A DNA stretch of 64,000 nt, from positions 20,633 to 84,632 of the forward strand of contig DAOSCP010000012.1 in NCBI GenBank assembly GCA_035361425.1, read 5' to 3'. Every line of letters begins with the position of its first letter. Within the stretch, counting starts at the first letter, position 1. The notes below the pieces were generated by a model, which did no database searches, had not been told where the DNA came from, and was given only the letters and a program-made list of their open reading frames with translations. Source of the DNA: Ignavibacteriales bacterium. GTDB lineage: Bacteria; Bacteroidota; Ignavibacteria; Ignavibacteriales; DAOSCP01. This document shows positions 30,548 through 41,247 of the stretch, piece after piece. The position numbers and the translations under genes were made by a program.

Positions 30548-31204
30548 ATGATAATTAAAAGACTAGAACTCCCTGTTAAATTCAAAAGATTTTATAAATT
30601 ATTTAAAGATAAAAATTTCAAATTATTAGATGTAGGTTGTGGAAATCATTCGCCTACAATCACAAAAAAATATTTCCCAAATTGTGAATATTATGGAATC
30701 GATAAAGAACTATATAATCTTGATGCATATGATTTAATGCAAATGAAAGAGTTTTATCACTTTGAGCTCACTCCTACAAATTTAAAAAAAATCCCAGATA
30801 ATTTTTTTGATGTTATAATCATGAACCATATTTTGGAACATCTTACTAACGGATTAGAAATTTTATCAATTATTACACAAAAGTTAAAAGAAGGTGGCTA
30901 TATTTACATCGAATACCCATCTGTTAAATCATTAAATTTGCCATCTTTAAAAGGCACTTTACACTTTAGCGATGACGAAACACATATTAGACTTTATAAC
31001 TTAGTTGAAATTGCTAATACCCTTCTTGCAAAGAATTTAAAAATCATCAAGGCTGGAACAAGACGTGATAAAATTGGTATTGCCCTTTTCCCAATAATCA
31101 TAATAGTTAAATTATTGAGAAAAGAAGTATTAGCCGGACAAGGTATTTGGGATGTTTTAGGTTTTGCTGAATTTTTATGGGCTCAAAAAAAATTTAATTC
31201 TTAA
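30548..31204 (+). CDS. Class I SAM-dependent methyltransferase.
   Basis: 218 aa with motif I LLDVGCGNHS and the post-I/II segments (DVIIMNHILEHL). Confidence 0.7.
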   Translation: MIIKRLELPVKFKRFYKLFKDKNFKLLDVGCGNHSPTITKKYFPNCEYYGIDKELYNLDAYDLMQMKEFYHFELTPTNLKKIPDNFFDVIIMNHILEHLTNGLEILSIITQKLKEGGYIYIEYPSVKSLNLPSLKGTLHFSDDETHIRLYNLVEIANTLLAKNLKIIKAGTRRDKIGIALFPIIIIVKLLRKEVLAGQGIWDVLGFAEFLWAQKKFNS

Positions 31205-32462
31205 ATTTATTAAATATTTCCAATAAATTAAATGAATTTTTAGGTTTTATTTTTTTATACATAATAATTCGCATTGTTGTTCCCTGGTTTACAAATGTTG
31301 ATTTAACAAAAATCTTTCCTTTATGATATTCTTCTATTATTCTTTTAGAAAGTGTTAATCCTAATCCCCAACCTCTTTTTTTAGTTGTATAACCAGGTCT
31401 AAAAATTGTTTTTTTCTTCTTTGGTTCAATACCTTTACCTGTATCAGTAATATCAATAATATAATGGTCTATATTATCTTCAACATCAATTGTTATAACT
31501 CCTTTATTAGAGCCAATCGCATCCAGGGAATTTTTTATAAGATTTTCTATAACCCATTCAAATAAATTTGGATTTACATAGGCTAGTATCATATTAGGTG
31601 CATTTACGGAAATTACTACCTTCTGTCCTTTCTGTGGTAATCTTATTGTAAAATAATTTACTATATTGTGAAGAATATTTACAATATTAGTTTCCTGTAA
31701 TTCTGGCTTAGAACCAATTTTAGAAAATCTTTGTGTTATTTTATTAAACCTTTCTATATCTCTATCAATTTCAGTGGTAACATCAAGCACTTTTTCCGGT
31801 TTATTATAATTTAGTTTAAGATATTCATTCCATCCCATAAGCGATGACAATGGTGTGCCTAACTGGTGTGCAGTCTCTTTTGCCAGACCTATCCAAATAT
31901 TAGATTGCTCCTTCAACTTCATATAATTAAATAAAAGATAGAAGATTATCATGAAAAATCCCATAAACATAAACTGCAAATAAGGATATATTTTCAATTT
32001 TTTTATTAAAAACGAATCTCCATAATGCAATTTACCAATAATAATATCATTATACTTAATTTCTATTGGCTGATGTAAATTATCCATATCACTCATTATT
32101 TCTTTCAAATAAATCATTTTTTCTTTTTCAGATAAATTTGAATCTATGATAATATTTTTTACAGAATATTGTAAATTTTTAATATCAATATTATCACTTT
32201 TGTCTGTATATATAATAGGAAAATCAATCTTTTGAATGATATTTTCAAAAATAAATGTAAACTCAGATTGATTGGTAGCCCCTGAAGTTGTTATATATTC
32301 TAATGCATTAGCGTATAATTGAGCAGATTTATATTCTCTATTTTGTAGATTTTGTATAAGTTCATCCGTATAATAATACAAATAATAAGCTATTCCTAAA
32401 GCTATTACTGATAACACTATTTTAAAATTGAATGGATTATAGTAAGAAAACCATTTTTTCAT
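31194..32462 (-). CDS. Sensor histidine kinase (two transmembrane helices, HisKA + HATPase_c). No response regulator is adjacent.
   Basis: 422 aa. H-box ETAHQLGTPLSSL, N-box ENLIKNSLDA, G-boxes DTGKGI and GWGLGL. Confidence 0.85.
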   Translation of the reverse strand: MKKWFSYYNPFNFKIVLSVIALGIAYYLYYYTDELIQNLQNREYKSAQLYANALEYITTSGATNQSEFTFIFENIIQKIDFPIIYTDKSDNIDIKNLQYSVKNIIIDSNLSEKEKMIYLKEIMSDMDNLHQPIEIKYNDIIIGKLHYGDSFLIKKLKIYPYLQFMFMGFFMIIFYLLFNYMKLKEQSNIWIGLAKETAHQLGTPLSSLMGWNEYLKLNYNKPEKVLDVTTEIDRDIERFNKITQRFSKIGSKPELQETNIVNILHNIVNYFTIRLPQKGQKVVISVNAPNMILAYVNPNLFEWVIENLIKNSLDAIGSNKGVITIDVEDNIDHYIIDITDTGKGIEPKKKKTIFRPGYTTKKRGWGLGLTLSKRIIEEYHKGKIFVKSTFVNQGTTMRIIMYKKIKPKNSFNLLEIFNKFKN

Positions 32463-34279
32463 TGAGCATTCTCCATAATATAAGATATTATAGCATCATA
32501 TATAGATTTTACAATTTTATTTTGAAAATTTTTATCTCTTAACAATCTTTCCTGCTCTGGCAACATTATAAATGCAGGCTCAACTAAAACCGATACACTT
32601 TCAGGAATTCGACACATATAAAGATTATCCCAAAAAAGACCAAAATTGTTTAAGTTCAAATTTTTCATAAAATTACTGTGAATTAGTTCAGCAAATTTTC
32701 TCGAATGGTTAAAGTAATAATATACAGATGAACCATTATTTAAAATTGGATTTACATTTTCCGGCACCGCATTATTATGAATACTGATTGATATATGTGG
32801 ATTGAAATAATTAACTATTTTTTTCCTTTCTCTTAGTTCTGGACCCTTATCTATTTCTGTTCTTGTAATAAATACTTTAATATTTTTCTCTTCCAGCATT
32901 TTCTTAAGTTGATTAGAAAGAATTAAATTAATTTCTTTTTCGGCTAATCCATATATTCCAACTGCACCAGGATCAGGTGCATGGCCCGGATCTATAGAAA
33001 TAATACAATTTTTAATTTTTCCCTTCTCTATTGTAGGTGGTTTTCTAAATTTAAATATCATAACATTATCTACAAAATTAACAGAATATCCCCACAAAGC
33101 TTTTTGTTTCAACCTAAAATTTATTGTTGTTATTTTATTTTGTTCCTGTGAATGAACAATATAATTTAATTTAGATGGATAAGTTAAGTCCCGAATAAAA
33201 TCAATGTTATTAATTGTATTAAAAAGCCTAATTGTTACACTATTGTCAAATGTTATAACCTCATAAGGTAAACACTCGGGAGTATCAGTTTTTAAATATA
33301 TAAAATCATTATCTTCTTCAAGTCTAATGTGATTTAAATGAATTGGTAAAAATACATCAAAATTTTTCAAAATTTCACTATTACTTTCTGAAACATAGCC
33401 GATTAAATTATCGTTTAGTTCGCATTTATACCACCCCCCTATTTTTCCAATTACATTTAATTTAGTGTTGGGGAGTAGAAATAATTTGTATCCTCCACCA
33501 GGTGCATTACGAAAAATTATTGGATTATCATTTTTATCTTTTAATGATTTGATTACAAAAAGATTTGATTTATCAATTACCGTAAGTTTAAATTTAATGG
33601 TATATCTTTCGATTATTTGCTCATTTTTATAACATATATGGATATTTGCTTTATCCAATTCATTATTTATTTTTAATTTTGCAAAATATAAACCATCGAT
33701 TGTATCTTTATTAGTTCCAAAACCTTCACCAAAAACAATATCTGCCCAATAATGCTTATCAATAAAATCAGCTCTTGAAACATTGAATTTTTTATCAATC
33801 CCATCGATTTCTATCCAAAAATCAATATTAGGAGTTGCACGAAATTTTAAAGTAAATTCATCATTTTTTCGAATTACAACATCCCCCGTTGGCTCAATTA
33901 TATTTTCTATTTGAACTTTTTCATCGCTCCAGCTAATTTTTGGGTATTTAATAAAAATAGGATGTTCATATTTAATTTCTTCACCATCATTTTTAATAAT
34001 ATTAAATTCATAAATTGCTTTATAATAATTATTAGCATCTTTTTCTTGTAATATTTTAGGCATATCATAGATTACAAAACCACCATCTTTATCTATTTTA
34101 ACAGGTTTTCCATTTGCAAATAATTCCTTAACATAAGTATTGTTGATTATACCTGTTATGTAAATAGGTTTGTTAACTGAAATGATTTTAGCATTTTTAT
34201 TTGGATAATTAATTTTTATAACATCTTTTTTTGCAAAGCAAATCGCAAACAAAGAAAAAAATATCAGCAATTTTTTCAT
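32459..34279 (-). CDS. Secreted N-acetylmuramoyl-L-alanine amidase (Amidase_3, AmiC-like) with a large N-terminal region that includes an SH3b-like segment.
   Basis: 606 aa with a signal peptide. The C-terminal catalytic domain shows IDPGHAPDPGAVG...EKEINL...ISIHNNA. The segment GGWYKCELNDNLIGYVSESN looks SH3b-like. Its stop overlaps the kinase start by 4 nt. Confidence 0.75.
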   Translation of the reverse strand: MKKLLIFFSLFAICFAKKDVIKINYPNKNAKIISVNKPIYITGIINNTYVKELFANGKPVKIDKDGGFVIYDMPKILQEKDANNYYKAIYEFNIIKNDGEEIKYEHPIFIKYPKISWSDEKVQIENIIEPTGDVVIRKNDEFTLKFRATPNIDFWIEIDGIDKKFNVSRADFIDKHYWADIVFGEGFGTNKDTIDGLYFAKLKINNELDKANIHICYKNEQIIERYTIKFKLTVIDKSNLFVIKSLKDKNDNPIIFRNAPGGGYKLFLLPNTKLNVIGKIGGWYKCELNDNLIGYVSESNSEILKNFDVFLPIHLNHIRLEEDNDFIYLKTDTPECLPYEVITFDNSVTIRLFNTINNIDFIRDLTYPSKLNYIVHSQEQNKITTINFRLKQKALWGYSVNFVDNVMIFKFRKPPTIEKGKIKNCIISIDPGHAPDPGAVGIYGLAEKEINLILSNQLKKMLEEKNIKVFITRTEIDKGPELRERKKIVNYFNPHISISIHNNAVPENVNPILNNGSSVYYYFNHSRKFAELIHSNFMKNLNLNNFGLFWDNLYMCRIPESVSVLVEPAFIMLPEQERLLRDKNFQNKIVKSIYDAIISYIMENAQ

Positions 34280-34501
34280 TTTACAATCCCCGATTAAGAT
34301 TAATATGCAAAATATTGATTTTATTGCAAATATGCAATTTTTTTGTTTTCATATTGTAAATATCATCTAAGTAAAATAATTTAAAAACTTTTACAATATA
34401 GTATTATGAGATATATTAGAACCTTAGTTTAATCTAATATTTTTTTTTATAAGTTTTTATTATTATATTTTAAAATCAATCCAATAAATTTTCAAAAAAT
34501 T

Positions 34502-35506
34502 ATGCATTATTTATTACTTATAATAGGCTTTATTCTATTAATTAAAGGTGCTGTTTACTTTGTGGATGGTTCTTCAAGTCTTGCATACAAATTTAATATT
34601 CCTAAAATTGTAATTGGATTGACTATAGTGGGTTTTGGAACTTCATCGCCAGAATTAATTGTCAATGTATTATCTGCTTTTAATGGAAATACTTCCCTTG
34701 CAATTGGAAATATCATTGGAAGTAATACGCTGAATATTTTATTAATTCTCGGAATTTCTGCTATTATTTATCCAATGAAAGCACAAAAACCAACTATTAT
34801 TAATGAGATACCATTTAGTTTACTTGGAATTATAGTAATCGGAATAACTGCTAATGATATATTTTTCAACAACTTTCAAAACATAAGTCGTTTAGGAGAT
34901 AAAGATCCTTCTAATATTATAAAATACACAAGTAATTCTATAACACAAGGAGATGGTCTGATATTACTTTCTTTTTTTATAATATTTATGTATTATATTT
35001 TTAGCTTAATCAAATCTACAAATGATACACAAGAAGTTGAAGTTAAAGAATTAAGTTTAATTAAAGCAATTTTATTTATTATTATTGGATTGGCCGGTTT
35101 AATAATTGGAGGTAATTTAATTGTTGATTCTTCGGTTATCATTGCGAAAAATTTTAAAATTGACGAAACTATAATCGGTCTTACAATAATTGCAATTGGA
35201 ACATCCCTACCAGAGCTTGCCACATCAGCTGTTGCCGCTTACAAGAAACAATCCGATATTGTTATTGGTAATATTGTTGGTTCAAATATTTTCAACGCTT
35301 TCTGGATTCTTGGTGTAACAGCAATTATTAACCCGATAAAACTAACATATATGGTAAATTTAGATATCTTAATTTGTTTGTTAGCACATATATTTCTTTT
35401 TGTTACAATGTTTACCGGTAAAAAAAGAACCATTGATAGATGGGAAGGAATATTACTTGTATCTTTATATTTTATATATATAATATTAAGAATATTCTAC
35501 TTATAA
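34502..35506 (+). CDS. Ca2+/Na+ antiporter (CaCA family, YrbG-like).
   Basis: 334 aa with two alpha-repeats (GTSSPELIV...GNIIGSNTLNILLILG and GTSLPELATS...GNIVGSNIFN). Confidence 0.85.
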   Translation: MHYLLLIIGFILLIKGAVYFVDGSSSLAYKFNIPKIVIGLTIVGFGTSSPELIVNVLSAFNGNTSLAIGNIIGSNTLNILLILGISAIIYPMKAQKPTIINEIPFSLLGIIVIGITANDIFFNNFQNISRLGDKDPSNIIKYTSNSITQGDGLILLSFFIIFMYYIFSLIKSTNDTQEVEVKELSLIKAILFIIIGLAGLIIGGNLIVDSSVIIAKNFKIDETIIGLTIIAIGTSLPELATSAVAAYKKQSDIVIGNIVGSNIFNAFWILGVTAIINPIKLTYMVNLDILICLLAHIFLFVTMFTGKKRTIDRWEGILLVSLYFIYIILRIFYL

Positions 35507-35766
35507 TTTACTAATTAAATATCGTAAATGTATAATTACTTAATATCATCTCAACACCTCTGAAAAGTATTATTTCTTACAAAGTCAAAGAAAAGTAATT
35601 TAGTTTATCAGTAATACAAAAATTAGTACATAATTATTGGAGTAAATGAATTATTGAAAAAGGCCAACTAGATATACATTTAGCAGAAAGCATCTAGATA
35701 GCCTTTATTATTTTAATACACGGTTCTTATAATTTTATCTTTTTAACTACGAACTAATCTAATGGA

Positions 35767-38175
35767 TTATTGCATATCATCGTCTCTTGGTATATCTTCG
35801 TTAGTTTTTTGTCTTTTGAAATCATTTATCTTATATGAAAGCCCAATAAAAAATGCTGTAGTTGTTCTTGTTCTGGATGAAAATGATGTGTAATAAGGTG
35901 TATTTATTGTGTTTTCGAACTTCATTAATTTAAATGGATCAAAAGTTCTGAATGTTAATATTAAATTATCACCGATTAAATTTTTTCTCATCGATAAGTC
36001 ATTATGTATAAATGCACTACTTTTACCTTGCGCCATAGTTCTTGGAGAATTATATGAAATATTAAACATAATATCAAATCCTTTTTGAATAGTAATTGTA
36101 GAATTTAGTTTAACATTCCAGTTAAAACTATTTGTAGAAAGATTTTGATAATTGCCAAGATTATCCAAATACCCCCCCCTGATAACAAACTTGTAATAAC
36201 TATAACTCAAATTAGCACGTATAAAACCCATAAAATTATTTTGTGTAACTATTTCAAAACCATAAGATTCTTGTTTACTCAAATTTTTAGGCATATTTAC
36301 AATTGAACCATCTGGATAATAATATCTTAAATTTTCTACATTATCATCAGTATTTCTATAAAATATAGATGTATTAATAGATGATGGACCTAATATAATT
36401 GAATGTAAAAGCTCATATGAATTATAATATTCTGGCAATATATTAGGATTACCAGTATTAATAATAGGATAATCAGTAGAGTCAATATACGGATTTAGCT
36501 GTCTATCATTAGGTCGGCTTAATCTTCTGCTATAACTAAGTTGAATTAAATTTGTTGTTGTAATATCGTAACTTAGATGAATTGTTGGGAAAAAGTTTTT
36601 ATATTCTCTTTTTACTTTCATAGATTGAGTTTTTTGATTAAAATCAATTTTAGCAATTTCATATCTTAAACCCAATTGAAATTTAAAATTATCAAATCGA
36701 GAGCCATATGTTGCATAAACAGAATAAAAATCTTCAATAAAATCAAAATTATTATATTTATTGGAATAGCTTAATCTTGCAATAAGATTATCATTTGAAC
36801 GATTATTTTGTTGTATTTTAAATCCAGTTTCAAATTGTGTAAAATCGTCAATAGGATGTGTGTAATCGCTTTGAAGTGTATAATTTTTTACATTTGTTTT
36901 TCCATCTGTATAGCCCTGAAATTTATTATTCTGGAATATACCATTAAGGATTGTGTTACTGTTGCCATCTTCTTCAAAATTAGATAAGTTAATATTTGTA
37001 ATTAAATTTGCTCCATCTTTATTAGTTTTAATTCTATGATTTAAATTAATATTGAAACCATTATTTTCGTTTTCGTTATGTGAAAAAGAGGAATAGTCTT
37101 CAATTGGCATTTTTGTATTCAATACTGATGTTTTAGAATTCATTTCTCTATTGAAAATATTGTAAGATAAACTTAACAGAAGCGAATGATCGTTACTAAA
37201 ATTGTATTCTGTTCCAAGCCTGATATTATGATTATTCATTTTTCTTTTTGCATCGCCATATTGGTTAAACAAAGATGTATCTGGGAAAAAGTTTGTCCTT
37301 TCAGATTTATTATTAAAATTCATATTCATAATTCTAAAATTATAAGATGTAAAGAAATTCCAGCTATTATAACGATAATTATAATTAAGCGAACCATTGT
37401 ATCTTGAGTTGTTACCAACGTTCAAATTTATTAAAGCACTATAATTTTGAACATTATCTTTTTTAGTAATGATATTTATAATTCCAGTTGTGCCATCTGG
37501 GTCATATTTAGCAGATGGATTAGTAACAATTTCAATTCTTTCAATCACAGAAGCTGGTAGTTGTTGCATGGCATCAGCATTAGAAAGCCCCATTAAACTA
37601 ACTGGACGGTTATCTATTAAAATAGTTACATTGGAATTTCCACGTAAACTTACATTACCATCTATATCAACACTAACTGAAGGAACATTTTGAAGCACAT
37701 CTGCAGCATTACCACCTGAATTTTGAGTAGTTTCATCAAGGTTAAAAACTCTTTTATCTAATTTAAATTCCATCATTTCTTTTTTACCAGTAACTACAAC
37801 CTCGCTTAATTTTTTATCTGCTGGTATTAAATAAATTTCACCTAAATCCAATTCGGTTTTTTGGGGAGTAATCTGAATTTCTTTTACATATTTATTATAA
37901 CCAATAAATTTAACTTCCAATAAATGTCTGCCCAATGGAGCATCAGAAATTATAAATTCACCATTGGAATTCGATATATTCCCACCAACTATTTTTTTTG
38001 TCCTCTGTGATGTTAGTATAACATTAGCATATTCTAATGGTTGATTTGTAATAGTATCTTTGATAATTCCTTTAATTGTAGCCTTTATATTAGCAAAATT
38101 TTGAGAACCAGTAGTTCTTTGGGCAAATAAAATAGTAAAAGAAAGTAATATTATAAATATTTTTTTGTTCAACAT
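35767..38175 (-). CDS. TonB-dependent outer-membrane receptor with an N-terminal carboxypeptidase-regulatory-like domain.
   Basis: 802 aa. Signal peptide, CarboxypepD_reg segment (GIIKDTITNQPLEYANVIL), plug domain (..VTGKK...NAADVLQNVPSV..RGN..V.ILIDNRP) and a beta-barrel. Confidence 0.8.
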   Translation of the reverse strand: MLNKKIFIILLSFTILFAQRTTGSQNFANIKATIKGIIKDTITNQPLEYANVILTSQRTKKIVGGNISNSNGEFIISDAPLGRHLLEVKFIGYNKYVKEIQITPQKTELDLGEIYLIPADKKLSEVVVTGKKEMMEFKLDKRVFNLDETTQNSGGNAADVLQNVPSVSVDIDGNVSLRGNSNVTILIDNRPVSLMGLSNADAMQQLPASVIERIEIVTNPSAKYDPDGTTGIINIITKKDNVQNYSALINLNVGNNSRYNGSLNYNYRYNSWNFFTSYNFRIMNMNFNNKSERTNFFPDTSLFNQYGDAKRKMNNHNIRLGTEYNFSNDHSLLLSLSYNIFNREMNSKTSVLNTKMPIEDYSSFSHNENENNGFNINLNHRIKTNKDGANLITNINLSNFEEDGNSNTILNGIFQNNKFQGYTDGKTNVKNYTLQSDYTHPIDDFTQFETGFKIQQNNRSNDNLIARLSYSNKYNNFDFIEDFYSVYATYGSRFDNFKFQLGLRYEIAKIDFNQKTQSMKVKREYKNFFPTIHLSYDITTTNLIQLSYSRRLSRPNDRQLNPYIDSTDYPIINTGNPNILPEYYNSYELLHSIILGPSSINTSIFYRNTDDNVENLRYYYPDGSIVNMPKNLSKQESYGFEIVTQNNFMGFIRANLSYSYYKFVIRGGYLDNLGNYQNLSTNSFNWNVKLNSTITIQKGFDIMFNISYNSPRTMAQGKSSAFIHNDLSMRKNLIGDNLILTFRTFDPFKLMKFENTINTPYYTSFSSRTRTTTAFFIGLSYKINDFKRQKTNEDIPRDDDMQ

Positions 38176-38286
38176 TTGTATTCTCCTTAAATATCAATTT
38201 TATTAGACAATATTTTTACTAAAAAAGTTTAATTTGTAACCAAAAATAAGAATAATAATCATATCAAAAAAAATTTTGAGGATATT

Positions 38287-38739
38287 ATGAAAGAATTTTA
38301 TACAAAAAATGAAATGGAGTTTTTAAAAAATGTTGAACTTTCAAGACCTAATAATGGCAGAATTTCACAATTAAAAAAATTTGCTGAACTTCAAGGTATA
38401 AAAAAAATTGGCATCGCTAATTGCATATCCATGAAAAACGAAGCTGAAAAATTAAAACAAATGCTTGAAGATAAGTTTGAAGTTTTTACTGTAGATTGTA
38501 GAATTAATAGTATTGAAAAAAGCGAACTGTTTGAAAACTCCGATTTTAAAGGAATGGCTTGCAATCCAAAAGGTCAAGCAAAATATTTAAATGAAAATGG
38601 CACAGAATTAAATATTATTATGGGCTTATGCCATGGACAAGATATTATGTTTAGTTTGAATAGTAAAGCACCTACTACAACACTTGTTGTTAAAGATAAA
38701 AAGAATAATCATAATCCACTAGAAGAACTTAAATCATAA
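38287..38739 (+). CDS. DUF1847 domain-containing (putative metal-binding) protein.
   Basis: 150 aa. ..KKIGIANCISMKNEAEKL...ACNPKGQAKYLNENGTELNIIMGLCHGQDIMF...APTTTLVVKDKKNNHNP matches my recollection of the DUF1847 core. Confidence 0.55.
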   Translation: MKEFYTKNEMEFLKNVELSRPNNGRISQLKKFAELQGIKKIGIANCISMKNEAEKLKQMLEDKFEVFTVDCRINSIEKSELFENSDFKGMACNPKGQAKYLNENGTELNIIMGLCHGQDIMFSLNSKAPTTTLVVKDKKNNHNPLEELKS

Positions 38740-38780
38740 AATCATAATTATATCTTTTCTAATAAATATTCAAAAGCTAT

Positions 38781-38835
38781 AAAAAAAACAAAGAGGTCGT
38801 TGTATAATTTTAATATATCAATTTACGACCTCTTT
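38781..38835 (-). terminator. Hairpin terminator downstream of the SDR gene. It possibly also serves the convergent DUF1847 gene.
   Basis: 11-bp stem AAAGAGGTCGT / ACGACCTCTTT with a 24-nt AT loop. On the minus strand it is followed by a T-rich run (complement of the plus-strand A-rich run at 38781-38789). Confidence 0.6.
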
Positions 38836-38872
38836 ATATAAATTTCAAAATCACATTATAAATATGATAAAA

Positions 38873-39643
38873 TTATTCTTCTCTGTATGCATAATAAGCA
38901 TTAGCTTGTGCAGTAGGTGTAACAACAACTTCGTTTATGCATACATGTTCAGGAGTAGAAGCTATCCAAAAAACAATATCAGCAATATCTTCTGCAACAA
39001 GTGGTTTAAGACCTTTGTAAACATCTTTAGCTTTCTGAGTATCGCCATTGAATCTTACAATACTAAATTCTGTTTCTACCATACCTGGATCAACTGTAGA
39101 AACTTTAATATTAGTTCCCAATAAATCTGCTCTCAAAGATTGTGTGATAGCTAGTTCTGCATGTTTGGTAGCACAATAAACAGCTCCTTTTGTATATGGA
39201 TTTCTCCCTGCAATGGAACCCATATTAATAATATGCCCTTTTTTTCTTTCTAGCATTAAAGGTAATACGCATTTTGTAACATAAAGTAACCCTTTGATAT
39301 TTGTATCAATCATAACATCCCAATTTTCCACTTCGTCTTCATATAATTTTACAAGTCCTTTTGCTAAACCTGCATTATTAAATAAAACATCAATCTGTTT
39401 AAATTCATCTGGCAAATTTCTTACAAAATTATCTACTTCATTAAAATTTCTTACATCCAATTCTCCGACAAAAACTTTTACTGAAAATTTAGTTTCAATA
39501 TCCTTTTTAATCTCTTCTAATAAAGATATTCTTCTTGCAGAAAGAATTAAATTATACCCATTTTGTGCAAATTTATAAGCCGCTGCTTTTCCAATTCCAG
39601 CGGAAGCTCCTGTAATAAAAATAGTTTTTTTTGTAGTCACCAT
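38873..39643 (-). CDS. SDR-family NAD(P)-dependent oxidoreductase (YdfG-like).
   Basis: 256 aa. TGASAGIG, NNAG, and catalytic S...YCATK. Confidence 0.85.
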   Translation of the reverse strand: MVTTKKTIFITGASAGIGKAAAYKFAQNGYNLILSARRISLLEEIKKDIETKFSVKVFVGELDVRNFNEVDNFVRNLPDEFKQIDVLFNNAGLAKGLVKLYEDEVENWDVMIDTNIKGLLYVTKCVLPLMLERKKGHIINMGSIAGRNPYTKGAVYCATKHAELAITQSLRADLLGTNIKVSTVDPGMVETEFSIVRFNGDTQKAKDVYKGLKPLVAEDIADIVFWIASTPEHVCINEVVVTPTAQANAYYAYREE

Positions 39644-39648
39644 TTCTT

Positions 39649-41247
39649 TTACCTTAATGTTTTTTTATAATATTTTTTGTTAATTGTAAAATCATCATAT
39701 AATTCTTTAAAGTGTTTATTTGCATAATCATTAGCTTCTTTAAGGCTATTGAAAACAATATCTACTTGAACACGGTAGAATAACTTATTCCCAAATAATT
39801 TAGCTTTTCTTACTGCTATTGGAAAACCTTTTGCTTTTATATTTTTCGCAACATTTAATGCTTTATTTAAATTATCCCACGAGCTAACCTGCACTATATA
39901 GAATTTTTTATTTGAAAGAATATTCCATCTTACAAATTTATAATCATCAAAATCTAAAATTTTAATACTATCATCCTGTTCTTTAGATTTTTGTAATTTA
40001 GCTAAAGTTAAACTATCTAAATCAATACCTTTTTTTACAATAATAGTATCAACTTTTTTAACAATTATTGTATCTTTCTTAATTTTAATAGGCTTTGGTC
40101 TAGCAAAAAGTTTGTATGTTTTTTCAATTTGCATAGAATCATTATAAGACAAAAAATTTAAAGTGTCATACTGAGTAAAGTATCCATCTTTTTCGATAAT
40201 TAAGTGATATTGAGTTCCGGCATTCATTTTAATTGTAAAAAGACCGGAAGAATAGTCATTTAAAAGAGAACCTTTATGAGGTAGTAATGAATCATAATTG
40301 TTATAGAAAATTCTTGCATCAAGTGGAACATTATTACTATCAATTACTTTACCCGTAAAATAAATAATCGGTATATATTTCGCTAAATAAGTTCTAAAGA
40401 GCTCCGGATTTTCAAAATCTACATTTGAAAAATATTTGTATAAATTTTTCGCTATTTCTTGAAATGCAAATTCATCCTTTGGTGTATTAATATATTTACC
40501 AAGATTTATTGGTTGGCTCCACTCAACAAGCGATTTATTAGATAACCTTTTTGACATATAAAGATCAAAACCGCCAAAACCCCCTGGCCTATTGCTAGCA
40601 AAAAATAAATACTTATTATCTTTTGAAAGGAACGGAGTTCTTTCAGTATAAGGTGAATTTATTCTCTTTCCAATGTTTAAGGGCTCACTCCAACTATTAT
40701 CTTTCTTTTTATAACAAATAAATATATCTGTATTACCCCAACTATTACCGTTAATATTGTAATGCAACCGGTGTGCATTACCTACAACATTAGCATCTGC
40801 ACAAAACACTAAAATATTCCCATCATCTGAAAATGAACTATCAACTTGATTTATATCGAAAAATAATCTTGCATTATTCTCTGGAATTTCATTACGTGGA
40901 GTAATTCCTAGCATTTTAGGTTCAATTTCATCTTTTTTTACTACAAATCTTAAATCATCATTTTTTATTAAATTAGTTATATCAACAAAATTAGGATTTC
41001 TTGTATCAAATAGAACTTTATATCTATTATATGTTGTTAACATACTTTGAAAATCACGATTTTGTTGATAGTAACCAAGTAAAAGTTCAAGTTTCCTGAG
41101 TGCTTTATTATCTGGTGCGTTTTGGGTTATATAATCATGATAAGTATTGATGTTTGATAAATTTGGTAATTCATTCATTCCCTTTTTGGAACTTGAACAA
41201 CCCCAAAATAATATTAATAATTGTAAAAATAGTATTTTTGTTCTCAT
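39649..41247 (-). CDS. Lipoprotein with PD40 (TolB-like) beta-propeller repeats, a carboxypeptidase-regulatory-like domain and a C-terminal SPOR peptidoglycan-binding domain.
   Basis: 532 aa. Lipobox LILFWGC, PD40-type ..FASNRPGGFGGFDLYMS.., and a C-terminal FYIVQVSSWDNLNKALNVAKNIKAKGF...FYRVQVDIVFNSLKEANDYA (SPOR-like). Confidence 0.55.
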   Translation of the reverse strand: MRTKILFLQLLILFWGCSSSKKGMNELPNLSNINTYHDYITQNAPDNKALRKLELLLGYYQQNRDFQSMLTTYNRYKVLFDTRNPNFVDITNLIKNDDLRFVVKKDEIEPKMLGITPRNEIPENNARLFFDINQVDSSFSDDGNILVFCADANVVGNAHRLHYNINGNSWGNTDIFICYKKKDNSWSEPLNIGKRINSPYTERTPFLSKDNKYLFFASNRPGGFGGFDLYMSKRLSNKSLVEWSQPINLGKYINTPKDEFAFQEIAKNLYKYFSNVDFENPELFRTYLAKYIPIIYFTGKVIDSNNVPLDARIFYNNYDSLLPHKGSLLNDYSSGLFTIKMNAGTQYHLIIEKDGYFTQYDTLNFLSYNDSMQIEKTYKLFARPKPIKIKKDTIIVKKVDTIIVKKGIDLDSLTLAKLQKSKEQDDSIKILDFDDYKFVRWNILSNKKFYIVQVSSWDNLNKALNVAKNIKAKGFPIAVRKAKLFGNKLFYRVQVDIVFNSLKEANDYANKHFKELYDDFTINKKYYKKTLR

